A DNA stretch of 64,000 nt from Narcine bancroftii (GCF_036971445.1 NC_091480.1:5642001-5706000), one strand, 5' to 3'. Counted from the stretch's first letter, positions 27,446 to 40,765 are shown. The notes: a model not told the origin generated them from the sequence alone. Numbers and translations: made by a program.

Positions 27446-30400
27446 CGGGTAGACATAAAACATACTCAAGAATAGACCTATTCCTGTTATCAGCTCGCAT
27501 GCAAGACAGAGTTACAAAAACAGAATATAAAGCTAGAATATTATCGGACCATTCACCCCTGATATTGACAATAGAGTTAGAGGACATTCCTCCAAGAATG
27601 TAAAGATGGAGATTAAACTCCATGCTACTTAAAAGGCAGGATTTTAGAGAATTCATTGAAAGACAAATTAAAATGTACTTTGAAATAAATACAGTATCAG
27701 TGAAAGATAAGTTTATACTATGGGACGCAATGAAAGCGTTCATCAGAGGGCAAATAATAAGTGATGTAACCAAGATGAAGAAGGACTACAATCAGGAAAC
27801 AGAGCAGTTGGAAAGGGAAATAGCAAATATAGAAAAAGAATTAGCAATGAAGGAAGACACAACTAAAAGAAGAGAATTGGCAGATAAAAAAATAAAATAT
27901 GAAACAATACAAACATATAAGGTGGAGAAGAACATAATGAAGACAAATCAGAAATATTATGAACTAGGAGAAAAAACGCACAAAATTCTAGCACGGCAGC
28001 TTAAGACAGAACAAACTAAGAGAATGGTATTGGCATCAAGGAAAAAAGACAAACAAATCACATATAATCCAACGGAGATTAATGAAAACTTCAGAGAATT
28101 CTACGAACAATTATACCAAACTGAAAACGAAGGGAAAGAAGACAAAATAGATGAATTTTTAACTAAAATTGAACTACCAAAATTACAAATAGAGGAACAA
28201 AATAAATTAACAGAACCATTTGAAATAGTAGAAATACAAGAGATAATAAAAAAACTACCGAATAATAAACACCAGGAGAGGATGGATTCCCAATAGAATT
28301 CTATAAAACATTTAAAGATTTATTAATTCCTCCCCTCCTGGAAGTAATCAACCAGATTGATAAAACACAAAGCTTACCAGATTCATGCAAAACAGCAATA
28401 ATTACAGTAATACCAAAGACAGGGAAAAATCCACTCACACCAGCGTCATATAGACCAATATCTTTACTTAACACAGATTATAAGATAATAGCTAAACTAT
28501 TAGCAAACAGATTAGCCGACTATGTACCAAAAATAGTAAATCTAGACCAAACTGGATTTAGTAAAAAAAGACGAACAACAGACAATATTTGTAAATTTAT
28601 TAACTTAATTCATGCAGTAGAAGGAAATAAAGCTCCAACAGTAGCAGTGGCTTTAGACGCAGAGAAGGCCTTTGACAGAGTAGAATGCAATGATTTATTC
28701 AAAGTACTACAAAAATTCAGTTTACCAGAGAAATATATTAATTGGATTAAAGCATTATTTAAGGGGCCATTGGCGAAAGTGACAGTAAATGGATATATAT
28801 CAAAACAATTTAAATTAAGCAGATCAACAAGGCAGGGATGCCCACTATCACCCTTATTGTTCGCGTTAGCCATAGAACCACTAGCAGAACTGATAAGAAC
28901 AGAAGATAAAATAAAAGGGATAAAAATAAAAGACAAGGAATATAAAATCAGTTTATTTGCAGATGACGTTACTTAACAGAACCAGAAATATCAATAAAAG
29001 AATTACATAAGAAATTGAAGGAATATGGAGAAGTGTCGGTATACAAGATTAACGCAAATAAAAGTGAAGCAATGCCAATGAATAATGCGGATTTCTCAAA
29101 ATTTAAGAAAGAATCACCATTCAGATGGCAAATGGAAGCAATACGATACCTAGGTATACAAATAAATAAAAACCTCGGCCATCTATATAAACTCAATTAT
29201 TATCCACTAATGAAAAAATTACAGGACGACCTAGAGCATTGGAAAGACTTACCACTAACACTAATAGGAAGGATAAACTGTATTAAAATGAACATTTTCC
29301 CAAGGATACAATACCTATTTCAGGCATTGCCAATACACTTGATGGAGAAATTCTTCAAGGAATTAAAGAAAATATTAAGGAAATTTTTATGGAAAGGGGG
29401 GAAACCAAGGATAGCACTAGATAAATTAACAGAATGGTATAAACAAGGAGGCTTACAACTGCCAAACTTTAAAAATTATTATAGAGCCGCACAATTAAGA
29501 TACCTATCAGATTTTTATCAAACAAGGGAAAAGCCAGATTGGACTAGATTAGAACTAGATAAAATAGGGGAGAAGATACCCGAACATATATTATATAAAT
29601 GGGATGAAAAATTGGTACAACGTAGGAATTCTCCAGTATTACATCATCTGCTCAATATTTGGAAGATTCATGTAGAAAGGAATAAAACAAATTACCAACT
29701 ACCAAAACTAATACTGACGCAAAATCAGCTAATCCCTTTTACAATAGATAACCTTTCCTTTAGAGAATGGGAAAAAAAAGGGATCAAAAGAATAGAAAAT
29801 TGTTTTTCAGGAAATAAATGATTATCCATTGAACAATTGAAGGATAAATATAATATAACTCACGATACAGTGTTGGGATACTACCAATTGAAATCCTATT
29901 TGAAGGACAAATTGGGAAGCAGTCTGAGGTTACCAGGGGGAAGTAATTTTGAATATGTGATTACAGACACAATGATAATCAAAAAATTTATAACAAACAT
30001 GTATATTAAGCGACAAGAAAAGGAGAACGAGGAAACAAATAGTAAAACTAAACAAAAATGGGAACAAGATCTAAACATAAAGATAAAGAATGAAACATGG
30101 GAGAAGTTATGCTCAGGAACTATGAGAAATACAATAAACACGAGGTTATGTATGATACAATATAACTGGATACACAGGCTATACATTACACCTCAAAAGT
30201 TAAATAAATGGGACCCAACAGTATCTGACAGATGTTTTCGCTGTAAAAAGGAAATGGGAACAACAATTCATGCAATCTGGACATGTGAGAAAGTGAAAAA
30301 ATTTTGGGAAGATCTAAACCAGATATTAAATAAAATCAAAAAAAGTAATATACCAAAAAACCCAGAGATCTTCCTCTTAAGTAACATAAAAAACAAAGAA

Positions 30401-30916
30401 TTTGGACTTGATTTGGATGGTGCACAAAAAAGATTAACTTGTTAGGATAGCCCTAGCTGTAGCAAAAAAATGTATTATGTCAGCCTGGAAATTAGAAGAT
30501 AACTTGAGAATACAACAATGGTATATAGAAATGAATAAATGTATTCCATTAGAAAAAATAATATATAATTTAAGAAATAATATTACAATATTTGAACAAA
30601 TATGGGAGCCATACATGAAACACAATAGAGAAAACTTACCGGGGACATCTACCACCTAAAATAACAGAAGGAGAAGGGAATGAAAAGAATTGACTCAGTG
30701 GAAATTCTCGTTTGTTTTTATTGAGTGACAACATTGTTTGACGGGTTTAATGTATCTTAGATTCTGAACTTTAAATGAATGGGAGGGGAGGTAGGGAGGG
30801 TGGGATGGGAAGAGGGGGGGGGGGGAGAAAACGACACTGTATATATTTGAAAAGGAAAATGTATGTATCTTCATCAATGTGGTTTATAGTGTGAAAAATA
30901 AAAAAAATTTAAAAAA
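27446..30916 (+). mobile_element. 5'-truncated L1-clade LINE (ORF2: end of APE domain, RT, Cys-rich C-terminus; 3' UTR; poly-A), inactivated
   Basis: SRIDLF, SDHSP, YRPISLLN, LDAEKAFD, RQGCPLSPLLF, LFADD and RCFRC motifs; several stops and frameshifts; 18-bp TSD AACCTTTCACAGGAGCTT at 27428-27445 and 30917-30934. Confidence 0.95.
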
Positions 30917-31270
30917 AACCTTTCACAGGAGCTTTATCGAGAGCGTCCTGGCCAGCTGCATCACAGTGTGGTACGGTTGCTGTAGAGAATTGGATTGGAG
31001 GGTCAATCCACAGGACCATAACAATGGCAGAGAGGATCACTGGAGTCTCCCCCCCCCCCCCCACCGCCAATCAACGTGATCTACCATGATCAATGTCTGA
31101 AGAGGCCACGCAAAATCATTGAGGGCCCCTTTCACCCTGGACACAGCATCTTTCAGCTGCTCCTGTCGGGGAAAGAGATACAGGAGCATCAGAGCCAGTA
31201 CCACCAGGCTGAGGAACAGCTTCTTCCCATAGCCAGTGAGAATGCTGAACGAGCAAAGGATCTGCTCACA
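30917..31270 (+). mobile_element. Rex1/Babar 3' part, split from its 5' part (about 27375-27445) by the L1 insertion
   Basis: IESVLASCITVWYG and HPGHSIFQLLLSG. Confidence 0.8.
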
Positions 31271-31534
31271 CGATGAAGGGCTCAAACCTGAAACAGCAGT
31301 TATACATCTCTGCCTTAGCTACATAAAGTTTGACCTGCAGAGTTTCTCCAGCATTGTGTTTTTACACTGACCATCTGAGTCTCTTTAATTCACAAAACAA
31401 TATTTTTTGGATTATTTTATTTATATTTTGAAATCAACATGAAATTCATCGATTACATAAAAGAAACATAATTTTATCATTCGACGTTGATTTTGAGTAA
31501 AAAAAAACAAGAGAATAAAGAACAAGCCCTAACC

Positions 31535-31890
31535 CAGTGTTTCTCAACCTTTTTGCACTCACATACCACTTTAAGTATTCCCTATGCCATCGGTGCTCTG
31601 TGATCAGTAAGGGATTGCTTAAGGTGGTATGTGGGTGAAAAGAAAAAGTTTGAAAACCACTGTTTTAATTGTCCCTAATTGACTCGTTATGTGCACGGTT
31701 TCAGAACTCCAAAGGAAATGGGCCAATGACAATTTTTCTCAAGCAAAATATTTCAGTAACAATTGGGTCTAGAGCAGTGATTCTCAACCTTCCCATTCAC
31801 ATCTCAACTTAAGCAATCCCTTACTAATCACAGAGCACCGATAGCTTAGAGATTACTTAAAGTGGGATGTGAGTGGAAAGAACCACCCAT
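31535..31890. mobile_element. Composite palindromic hAT-type MITE; related copies at 16670-16750 and 50840-50969
   Basis: CAGTGTTTCTCAAC...GTTTGAAAACCACTG hairpin, plus a second inverted unit after GTCTAGAG. Confidence 0.75.
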
Positions 31891-32869
31891 AGAAAAAAGG
31901 AGAGAATTAGTCAATAGAATTGATGAGAGAAAAGAAAGAGATGAAAAAAGAAAAAGGTTTCATTGGATTCATCAATCTCCTGCCAAGGGACAAATATTCT
32001 GACTTACTCGGAATCCCAGATGGTTCCCAGATGCAGGGGCCGAGGGTGGGGTGGGGGGGAGCATCATTAAGAATCTACACTCAATATTTGAGCTCCCTGA
32101 CCTGCCTCAGTACAATCCAATATTTCTATTATTCTTTTACTTTACATACTTCTTTTCTTTTCCTTTATTATGTTATCATATGTTATTAACATATATAAGT
32201 AATGATTGATTGTTTTGTGGGGGCTGTGCTTAGGGAGGGTTTCAGTTTTTAAGGGGAAGGGGTATATTTCCATTTTGTATTCAATAGAAACTTGTATTAA
32301 AATAATGGATGTATGTGGATTATATATTCTACATTCTGATGTGACCACTGTTTCCAAACTGATGGGAATATCTCCACAGATAGACAAAACAAACCAGAGC
32401 ATTACACTACCATCTTATAATTAATGGATGGCATATTCAGATGCCTGCATCTCTTCATTTGATTACAGCTTTGAAATTCAGTCAGGTATTCACACTGACT
32501 CGCATCTACGCCACTTGATCTTGTGGTTCAGTCTCCGTTGCAAACGTTAGCAGCTTCAGTGACTCACACTTAATTTATCTAAATTTTTAAGAAAAACTTA
32601 GTTTTGGATAACTTACTCTGTAAATCAGAGTATAAATCAAAAAAGGAAATACTGCAGATGCTGGAAAACTGAAATAAAAAGTAAACCTCATTTGCAGACA
32701 AACAGGAGACAGCAGACGCAGGAATCTAGAGCAAAACGTGGTCTGCTTGAGAAACTCAGTGGGTTGAGGAGCATCGGCAGAAGGATCCAATGGTCGACGT
32801 TTTGGGCCAGAACCCTTTATCAAAACATTTGCAGTTTTTCTATTTGGAAGCTTTTGCAGCATGTTCCTT

Positions 32870-33960
32870 ATCAGAATCAGAATTGTCATGAACATGTCAC
32901 AATATCTGTTGTTTTGCAGCAGACGTACAGGTGCAAATATAGCTATAAATGACATATTTTAAATAATTTAGTGCAAATGAAAAGAAAAAGTGAGGCAGTG
33001 GTTGTTTTTGTACTATTGGGTACTCATCTTTAGCCTCCTGTACCTCCTTCCTGACGGTAGCAGTAAGAAGAAGGTGTGGCCTGGGTGGTGAGAGTCCTCG
33101 AGGATAGAGGCTGCTTTCTTGAGACTCCGCCTCTTGTGCATCTCCTTAATGGAGAGAAGACATGATGGTGCTGGCTGTGTTAACAACTCTCTGTTGCCTT
33201 TTAGAGTCCTGTGCATTGGCATCTCCGTACCAGACAGTGAAGCAACCAGTCAGAATGTTCCTCACAGAACATCTATAGAAATTTGCAAGAGTCTCTGGTG
33301 CCAAACCAAATTTTCTCAAACTCCTCACAGAATAGCCATTAGCAAGTCTTCTTCATGATTGCATCAACATTAAGGCCCCAGGATATATATTTACAGACAT
33401 TGACATGATAGAATATGAAGTTCTTAATTCTCTTCACTGATGACCCTTTGAGGAGGACCGGTTTCTGTTCTGATTTCCTGTTCTTGAAATCCATAATCGG
33501 TTCCTTAGTTTTGCTAACATTCAGTGCAAGGTTGTTGTGATATCACTCAACACCCTGATCTATCTCCCTCCTATATGCTTCCTCATATCCATCTGTGAGT
33601 CTGCTGACAACCATGGTGGCATCAGCAAATTTGTAGATGGCTCTTGAATTGGACCTAGCCACAGAGTCATGTAGAATAATGGGCTAAGCACACATCATTG
33701 AGGATCATCTGTGTTAATTGTCAGTGAGGAGGGGGTGTTGTTACCAAGTTGTACTGACTGTGGTCTTCCGATGAGGAAGTCCAGGATCTAGTTGCAGAGG
33801 GAGGTACAGAGGTCCAGGTTTTGAAGCTTGCTGACCAGTGCTGATGTACGTGTGGCTGTTGTCTAGATGATCCAGGGCTGTGTAGAGAGCCAGTGAGATT
33901 CTATCTGCAGTGGAGCGATTGTGGATGTAGGCAAATTGCAGTAGGTTCATGGAGTTCCTT
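32870..33960 (-). mobile_element. Rex1/Babar-type LINE fragment
   Basis: LQFAY..NRST.D, FYRCSVRNILTGCFTVWYG, LLPSGRRYRRL. Confidence 0.8.
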
Positions 33961-34445
33961 GTGGAAGGTCCATCTCTTCCCAGATCTACGCACAGGTGCT
34001 CTATCCAGCAGTGAATCCTGTAACCCTCTGACAGTCAGGCCATCTCCGTGAACTCAGCAACAGCTGATCCCCATGTTTTGGAATTCTCTATTTTTAGTGT
34101 TTGACTACACAATCAAGTGAAGCTTTGTAATCATCTTTTACTTCAGGGTAAGAATCTGATCTCAACCAAAAATCATCAAATAAAGAAAGGTTGCAACAAC
34201 CCAGAAGGGCCTGTTTCTGGGCTGTATCTCTAATTTTTTTTTAATTAACCCAGTAAAAAGATCTGTTCATCTCCCATCTAGGGCACAGGGCTTTAATATT
34301 GAACCATTCACTCACTCCACCATCAACATATAGGGGCAGTAGTTTGTACCATCTACAGGATGCTCTGCTTCAACTCACCATAATCCCACAGTCGGCACTT
34401 TTCAAACCTATCACCTCTATCGCCAGATCCAGCTCCAACAAAGTT

Positions 34446-34829
34446 CTGTTCCCGCTCCTGTTCCCGCTCCTGTTCCCGCTCCTGTTCCCGCTCCTGTTCC
34501 CGCTCCTGTTCCCGCTCCTGTTCCCGCTCCTGTTCCCGCTCCTGTTCCCGCTCCTGTTCCCGCTCCTGTTCCCGCTCCTGTTCCCGCTCCTGTTCCCGCT
34601 CCTGTTCCCGCTCCTGTTCCCGCTCCTGTTCCCGCTCCTGTTCCCGCTCCTGTTCCCGCTCCTGTTCCCGCTCCTGTTCCCGCTCCTGTTCCCGCTCCTG
34701 TTCCCGCTCCTGTTCCCGCTCCTGTTCCCGCTCCTGTTCCCGCTCCTGTTCCCGCTCCTGTTCCCGCTCCTGTTCCCGCTCCTGTTCCCGCTCCTGTTCC
34801 CGCTCCTGTTCCCGCTCCTGTTCCCGCTC
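34446..34829. repeat. Perfect 12-bp tandem repeat (CTGTTCCCGCTC) x32
   Basis: Read directly; 384 bp. Confidence 0.97.
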
Positions 34830-35370
34830 CTGACCCATGACTGCATTACCAGATCCAGCTCCAACAGAGTTCTCGTTTGCACATGACACAACTATAGTCG
34901 GCCTCATCAGCAACAACGATGTGTCGCACTACAGAGAAGAGGTGGAAAATCTCGTGAAATGGTGTGAGAGCAACAACCTGAGTCTCAATGTGGATAAGAT
35001 GAAGGAGATGATCGTGGATTTCAGGAGGACCAGGAACGACCACCCTCCACTACAACAGCTCTGTAATAGAGAGAGTGGAGAGATCCAAGTTCCTAGTGTT
35101 CACTTAACTAGTGACCTATCGTGAACACTCAATATCTCCTCACTTGTCAGGAAGACTCAACAGTGACTGCGCTTCCTGAGAAGACTGAAATGGGCAAGTC
35201 TATCAGTCACCATTATGTCAACCTTCTATAGGAGTTCTATCGAGAGTGTCCTGGCTGGCTGCATCACAGTGTGGTACACTTGGTGCAGAGAAATGGATCA
35301 GAGGTCAATCCACAGGACCATAAGAATGGTAGAGAGGATCGTTGGAGTTTATGACAATAAACTTGACTTG
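34830..35370 (+). mobile_element. Rex1/Babar-type LINE fragment
   Basis: LTHDC, DTTIVGLISNND, WCESNNLSLNV, EMIVDFR, FYRSSIESVL. Confidence 0.85.
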
Positions 35371-35519
35371 ACTCTACCATCTAGAAAGTTGCCCTCACAC
35401 TGTCCTGACCTGGAAATAGATCACTGATCTTCACCACTACTGTTTCAATGAACAGCATTGTGGACACAGCCACACCTCAGAGACGACGGTGGTTCAAAAT
35501 ACCACTCACCACTGACTAT

Positions 35520-35970
35520 GGAGAACGTGCAAGGGAGATTTACCAGGATAAAATCTGGAAATTAAGTTTTATGGGGCAAGGTTAGCAGAGGAGGGACTTT
35601 TCTGTTTGGAGCAAAGAAAGATAAGAGATGACTTAATAGAGGTCCACAAGATTCTGAATGGCATAGATAAAGTAGACAGACAGGACCTTTTTCCCAGGGT
35701 GGGAGTAACAAATACCAGAAGACGTCTGGAAAACTGAGGGGAGGAAAGCTTAAGGGAGACATCAAGAGGAAGTTTTTTTCCACACAGAGAGTTGTTGCTG
35801 CCTGGAATGCCTTGTCAGGGATGGTGGTGGAGGCTGAAACATTTGGGAAGGTTAAGAGACTCAGACAGGCATATGAATGAAAGAAAAACAAAGGCTTATG
35901 AGCTAGGAAGGGCTTAATTTGTTTTTGGTAGGAATGTATAAGGCCTGTACTGTAGTGCTCTATGTTCTAC
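35520..35970 (+). mobile_element. CR1 LINE 3' fragment
   Basis: DLIEVHKILNGID, FFSTQRVVAAWNAL. Confidence 0.8.
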
Positions 35971-38389
35971 CACAACCTTCTCATGGGCAATTAAATACTG
36001 GCTCAGACTGAGAAGCCCACAGCCCTTGAATGAATAAAAAGCCATGGTGTTCAAAGTAGGTAATGTGAATTTTTTGCAAGGCTTTTTATGGAGTCTAATA
36101 TAACAAGTTGGTCAGCAAAGTGAAAGCTCTGGGATCTGGGGAGAATGGTGAAGTGGATCTAAAATTGGTTCAGAGGCTGCAGCAAAGGATAGTGGATGAC
36201 AAGTGTCACTGAACCATGGTGCAGAGGGCAATGAATCCTGGGGTTCTCTACCCAGAGGCTGGAGAAAACGGGATCATTGCGGAGTATTTAAAGAAGGAAG
36301 TAGATCATGGAATTGTGGCTTGTGGGGAATTGGGGGCAGATGAGTCATGATCATGTTGAATAGCAGGATTGGGTTGAGGGCCAGAGTGGTCAACTCATCC
36401 TATTTTCTATAGTTTTATGAAATACTTGGTGGCTTAGGAGGTAGAAAGAGAAATAGAGTTAGTGTTTCAAATCAATAACATTCAACAGGATTGCATGCCT
36501 GGCAATGTGAAATGATCTCCATTTCTCCCTTTGTCGATGAGCTATTTCCAACGTTTCTGTAAAACTACAAATTGTGTACCCATGACATAAAGAGTGACTC
36601 AGATGTTAGAGAAAATTCCCCAAGAAATTTCACACTCACAATCACAGAATCCCATAGAGAGGAACACACATGCACACAAATTCAAACACATTGCCACAAA
36701 ATCAGATTCAAACAGAGAGATACAGACAGGCTCACAGATTCTTGCACGTGCACACACAAATCCAGTTAGATCCACCCCCCCCCCCCCCACCCCATACACC
36801 AAATTCACAGATTTAGAGTATGATTTTTAGTCAAATTCACAATCAGATTAAGTACACATAGAACAATCCATACTTGTACTTTCAGACCCACACAGTTATC
36901 TACACGTACATGCATTGTAAGACATACGCAGATCAACATAAATCCATAGTTAAACACACATGAACAGACACACACCCACAAATCTACACTGTCAGATCCA
37001 CACACACAGCTCAATTTACACAGTCACATTCACATATATAGTCTGATTTACCCACAAATGCAGATTCATAGAAACAGAGAGTGATTTTCACAGAGTCACA
37101 GACATAGTCAGTTTAACACACTCGTGACTGTGGCCAAACACTGCCCAAATTCCACCTGTAGATTTACAGATGACACCGGCACTGTAAGCCCGATCCCAAA
37201 CAATGATGATAAGAGTATAAGGATGATCATATGGGGTACAGGAAGGAAAAGGGAGTGTGGTGACGTTTCGTCAGGATAACAACCTCTCCCTCAACATCAA
37301 TCACACGGATTTCAAGAAATAGAAGGGAGCTCTCCTCCCAGTATATTTCAGCAGTGCTGGGGTGGAGATAGTAAAGAGCTTGAAGTTCTTAGCAGTAAAT
37401 ACCATTAACAACCTGTCCTGCTCCAACCACCTCAACAGCACAACCAAGGCAATGACTCTACTTACTCAGTACATCCCCAGTGTCTCTTACCAAATTTTAC
37501 ACTCACTACAGAAAGTATCCTATTCAGATGTCACAAACTCTTCTGCCCAAGACTGAAGGAAACCACAGAGAGTTTTGAACACAGCTCAAACTATCATACA
37601 ATCCAACCTCCCCTCCATCTCTATATCCCTTTGTCTCAGGGCAGCTGCTGTAGAGCATCAGATTGGAGGATCCTTAAAAGTGGCAGAGAGCGTCACTAGG
37701 GTTACCCTCACCCCACCCTCCAACACACCATTGGAATTTACAAGGATCATTGTTTAAAAGTGGCTCACAAAAATCAAGGATCCCAATCACCCCATATGCA
37801 GCATCTTCCTGTTACTACCGACTGCTAAAACATCTCTCCGTGATTATACGATTTATTAAGAATATTTATTTTAATATATGTACATATATAGTGTGTATCA
37901 TTTGTCTTTATTTGTGTTTATTACTGGCTTGCACCGTGGACCGGAGAACGCTGTTTCATCGGGTTGTACTGGTAAAATCAGATAATAAACTTATAAAAAG
38001 GATAAATCCCACCTGGTCACACATTCTGCCCCCACCCCACTTCATCGAGCAGAAGATGCACGAGCTTGAGAATACCATCCGCAGATTCAAGAAGGTTTCC
38101 GTCCTTCTCTTAAATGGATCTCACATTGAAATGAGATGATGTTCCTGCATCATGTAACTGTGCCTTTTGCAACCTACACTTTGACCCATTCTAACAGCAC
38201 AGACTGCCCTTTGTTTTAATTATTATGGCACTACTTGTACTTAAGCACAAGTTGACTCATCTGAATGGTGCAGAATCGAGGTGATTTTAGGTGTATCTCA
38301 GTACACATAACAATAAAAAATTCAACAGTCAGATCCACCCACACACGTACCTGTGCACACTCACCCATGTGTGCACGTGCGCGCGCGCG

Positions 38390-38776
38390 CACACCCCCCC
38401 CCCACACACCCCCCCCACACACCCCCCCCCACACACCCCCCCCCACACACCCCCCCCCCACACACCCCCCCCCACACACCCCCCCCCCCACACACCCCCC
38501 CCCCNNNNNNNNNNNNNNNNNNNNNNNNNNNNNNNNNNNNNNNNNNNNNNNNNNNNNNNNNNNNNNNNNNNNNNNNNNNNNNNNNNNNNNNNNNNNNNNN
38601 NNNNNNNNNNNNNNNNNNNNNNNNNNNNNNNNNNNNNNNNNNNNNNNNNNNNNNNNNNNNNNNNNNNNNNNNNNNNNNNNNNNNNNNNNNNNNNNNNNNN
38701 NNNNNNNNNNNNNNNNNNNNNNNNNNNNNNNNNNNNNNNNNNNNNNNNNNNNNNNNNNNNNNNNNNNNNNNNNNNN
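38390..38776. other. C/CA-rich repeat running into an assembly gap (N 38505-38776)
   Basis: Run of Ns. Confidence 0.98.
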
Positions 38777-38789
38777 TCCGTGATTAGTC

Positions 38790-39880
38790 CCCCATTCTAT
38801 TCTTTGTACACTCATGTCTGCATCAGTTCCAACTTAATCTATAAATTTTATGATGTCACAACCGTTGTTGGCCAAATATCTGGAAATAATGAGTCAAAAT
38901 ACAAAAAAAGAGATGGAGAACATTGTTGGGTGGTTAGGGTTAGGGAACAACGATCTTACTCGCAACGTCACCAAGGAACTGATTGTTGATTTGAGAAAGG
39001 AGACTCCAAGGGATCATGCATCTGCCTGGATTGATGGGAAAGAGGTGGAGAGAGTCAGGTTGCTGGGAATTCATATTTCTGAAGATCTTTCCCGGAGCCA
39101 GCACATCGGGGTAACCATGAAGAAGGCACATTAACACCTCTGCTTTCGAAGAAATCTGAGATTTAGCATGCTGATAGATACCATATCAAACCTACAGGGG
39201 AACTGTAAAGAGAACACTAGCTGGTTGCACAGCAGCCTCGTTTGCCATTTGAAGTGCCGAAGAACGCAGAAGGCTGCAAACACAACCAGGTCCATCACAG
39301 GCTCCAACCTCCCATCCATTGCAGACATCATTTTTTTTTTAAATGTATACATACAGCACGGTTACAGGCCATTTGGCCCCCAAGTCCATGTAGCCCAATT
39401 ACTCCCAATTAACCTAAAACCCCCAGTACATTTCAAACAGTGGGATGAAACCAGAGCCCCCAGGGAAAAGCCACGCAGACACAGGGAGAACGTACAGTTC
39501 CGATTGCTGGCTCTGTAAAGGTGTTGCATTAACTGTTTCGCCAACCATGCTGCCCACATCTACATGAGGCACTCTCTCAAGACGGCAGCCAATATCATAA
39601 AGGATCCACCACCACCCTGAAGGGTTTAAGAACAGTTACTTTCTAACAGCTATCAGGCTCTTGAACCACCTAGCGCACTCATCATGTCTTAAAAGAACTG
39701 TTTGCACTATTGCAAGTCACCTTTTTTGCACTAGGATTACTGTGAATATTTATATTTATGTATTTATTGTCTCTAACTCATTTGATTAAAATTTGCTATA
39801 ATTTTTTCTTCATAAGTACTTGTTGGGCTGCAGCAAAGAAGAATTTCAATGCATTCTATGTGTAGGACAATAACTCGCAG
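38790..39880 (+). mobile_element. Degraded Rex1/Babar LINE with a SINE inserted at about 39340-39555 (minus)
   Basis: TKELIVDLR, GIHISEDLS. Confidence 0.75.
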
Positions 39881-40099
39881 TCATTCCATATCTCGACCGA
39901 TCCACACAGTCTGATTCAGATTAGAGCCAGATCGCGCACCCGAACCAACAGACACGCGCAGCGGGACCGATCCCACGGACACACGCTGCTGGATCGATCC
40001 ACGGTCAGGTCCCACTGGCGGCGTTGTCAGTACCGGGCTCTAGGACCGCTCGCTCTCCCCGACCCTCCCCAGGCACCGGGCTACCGACTGATCACTGAC

Positions 40100-40230
40100 C
40101 TGCCTCATCCGTGAGCGAGGGCGGATGGGAAGCCCGTCGGGCAGGCGGCCGGTGCGTCGCGGTCTCGGGGCCCCGTGAGCGCTATCCTCAGGACCGGGGG
40201 CGAGCAGACAAGACGCAGCGGAATCACAGC
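40100..40230 (-). other. Putative distal first exon (1a) of an unidentified minus-strand gene; ends ATG AGG CAG|gtcagt
   Basis: CpG island, splice donor, ZNF143-like sites immediately upstream. Confidence 0.55.
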
Positions 40231-40239
40231 TTCAAATCG

Positions 40240-40765
40240 AACTACAAGGTCCAGCATGCCACTCGCCACACAGAACCGAGCACCACCACATGCGCCGAAG
40301 CCCCGACGCCTCATGGGAAATGTAGTTTGCTTTTATCAACGAGCGAACAATAACGACTGATTGTGTGGAGAGGAAAAATATCTGCAAACCAATGGTTTCC
40401 ATATTTTACAATAAATCCTCTCGGCCTGTTCACGCTAGTTACATACTGCAATAACAGAAATGTCTTTTGAGTTTGAAACGTCCATTATTTTTAAATCGAA
40501 AGACACAAGAAAAAAAGGCGCCGTACCTCTGCACATGCGTACTGGCTCCCGCCGTGTTTTTGGAACTGCCCAGTGATTGGACAATTGCGATAATGGTTAT
40601 TACGTCATTTACCAGCTCGTGAACTCTATTGGATAAAAGCGCAGGTTCTTCAACGGCCAATAAAGCGCCATGTGTTTTATCTTTGACCAATAGCCTTTGA
40701 AATGGTTCAACTGAACGAAGCTGATAGGTGGAGGAGACACAAGCCATGAGTTCTCAGTCCAATTA
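40240..40765. promoter_or_regulatory. CpG promoter with two ZNF143/SBS-like motifs and a cluster of CCAAT boxes
   Basis: AACTACAAGGTCCAGCATGC 40240-40259; CATGGGAAATGTAGTT 40312-40327; CCAAT/ATTGG at 40389, 40576, 40628, 40657, 40687, 40759; TTTGAA at about 40473 and 40696. Confidence 0.7.

Noticed and set aside
34299-34916. ORFs with (PLLF)n, (EQER)n or (GNRS)n
   Set aside because: These are translations of the 12-bp tandem repeat, which is open in several frames.
38231-38989. ORFs spanning X runs
   Set aside because: Artefacts of the N gap.
1-40230. Identification of the left-hand gene as PDPK1, the human neighbour of AMDHD2
   Set aside because: I found no MARTTSQL-type first exon or other PDPK1 sequence, so the gene is left unnamed.
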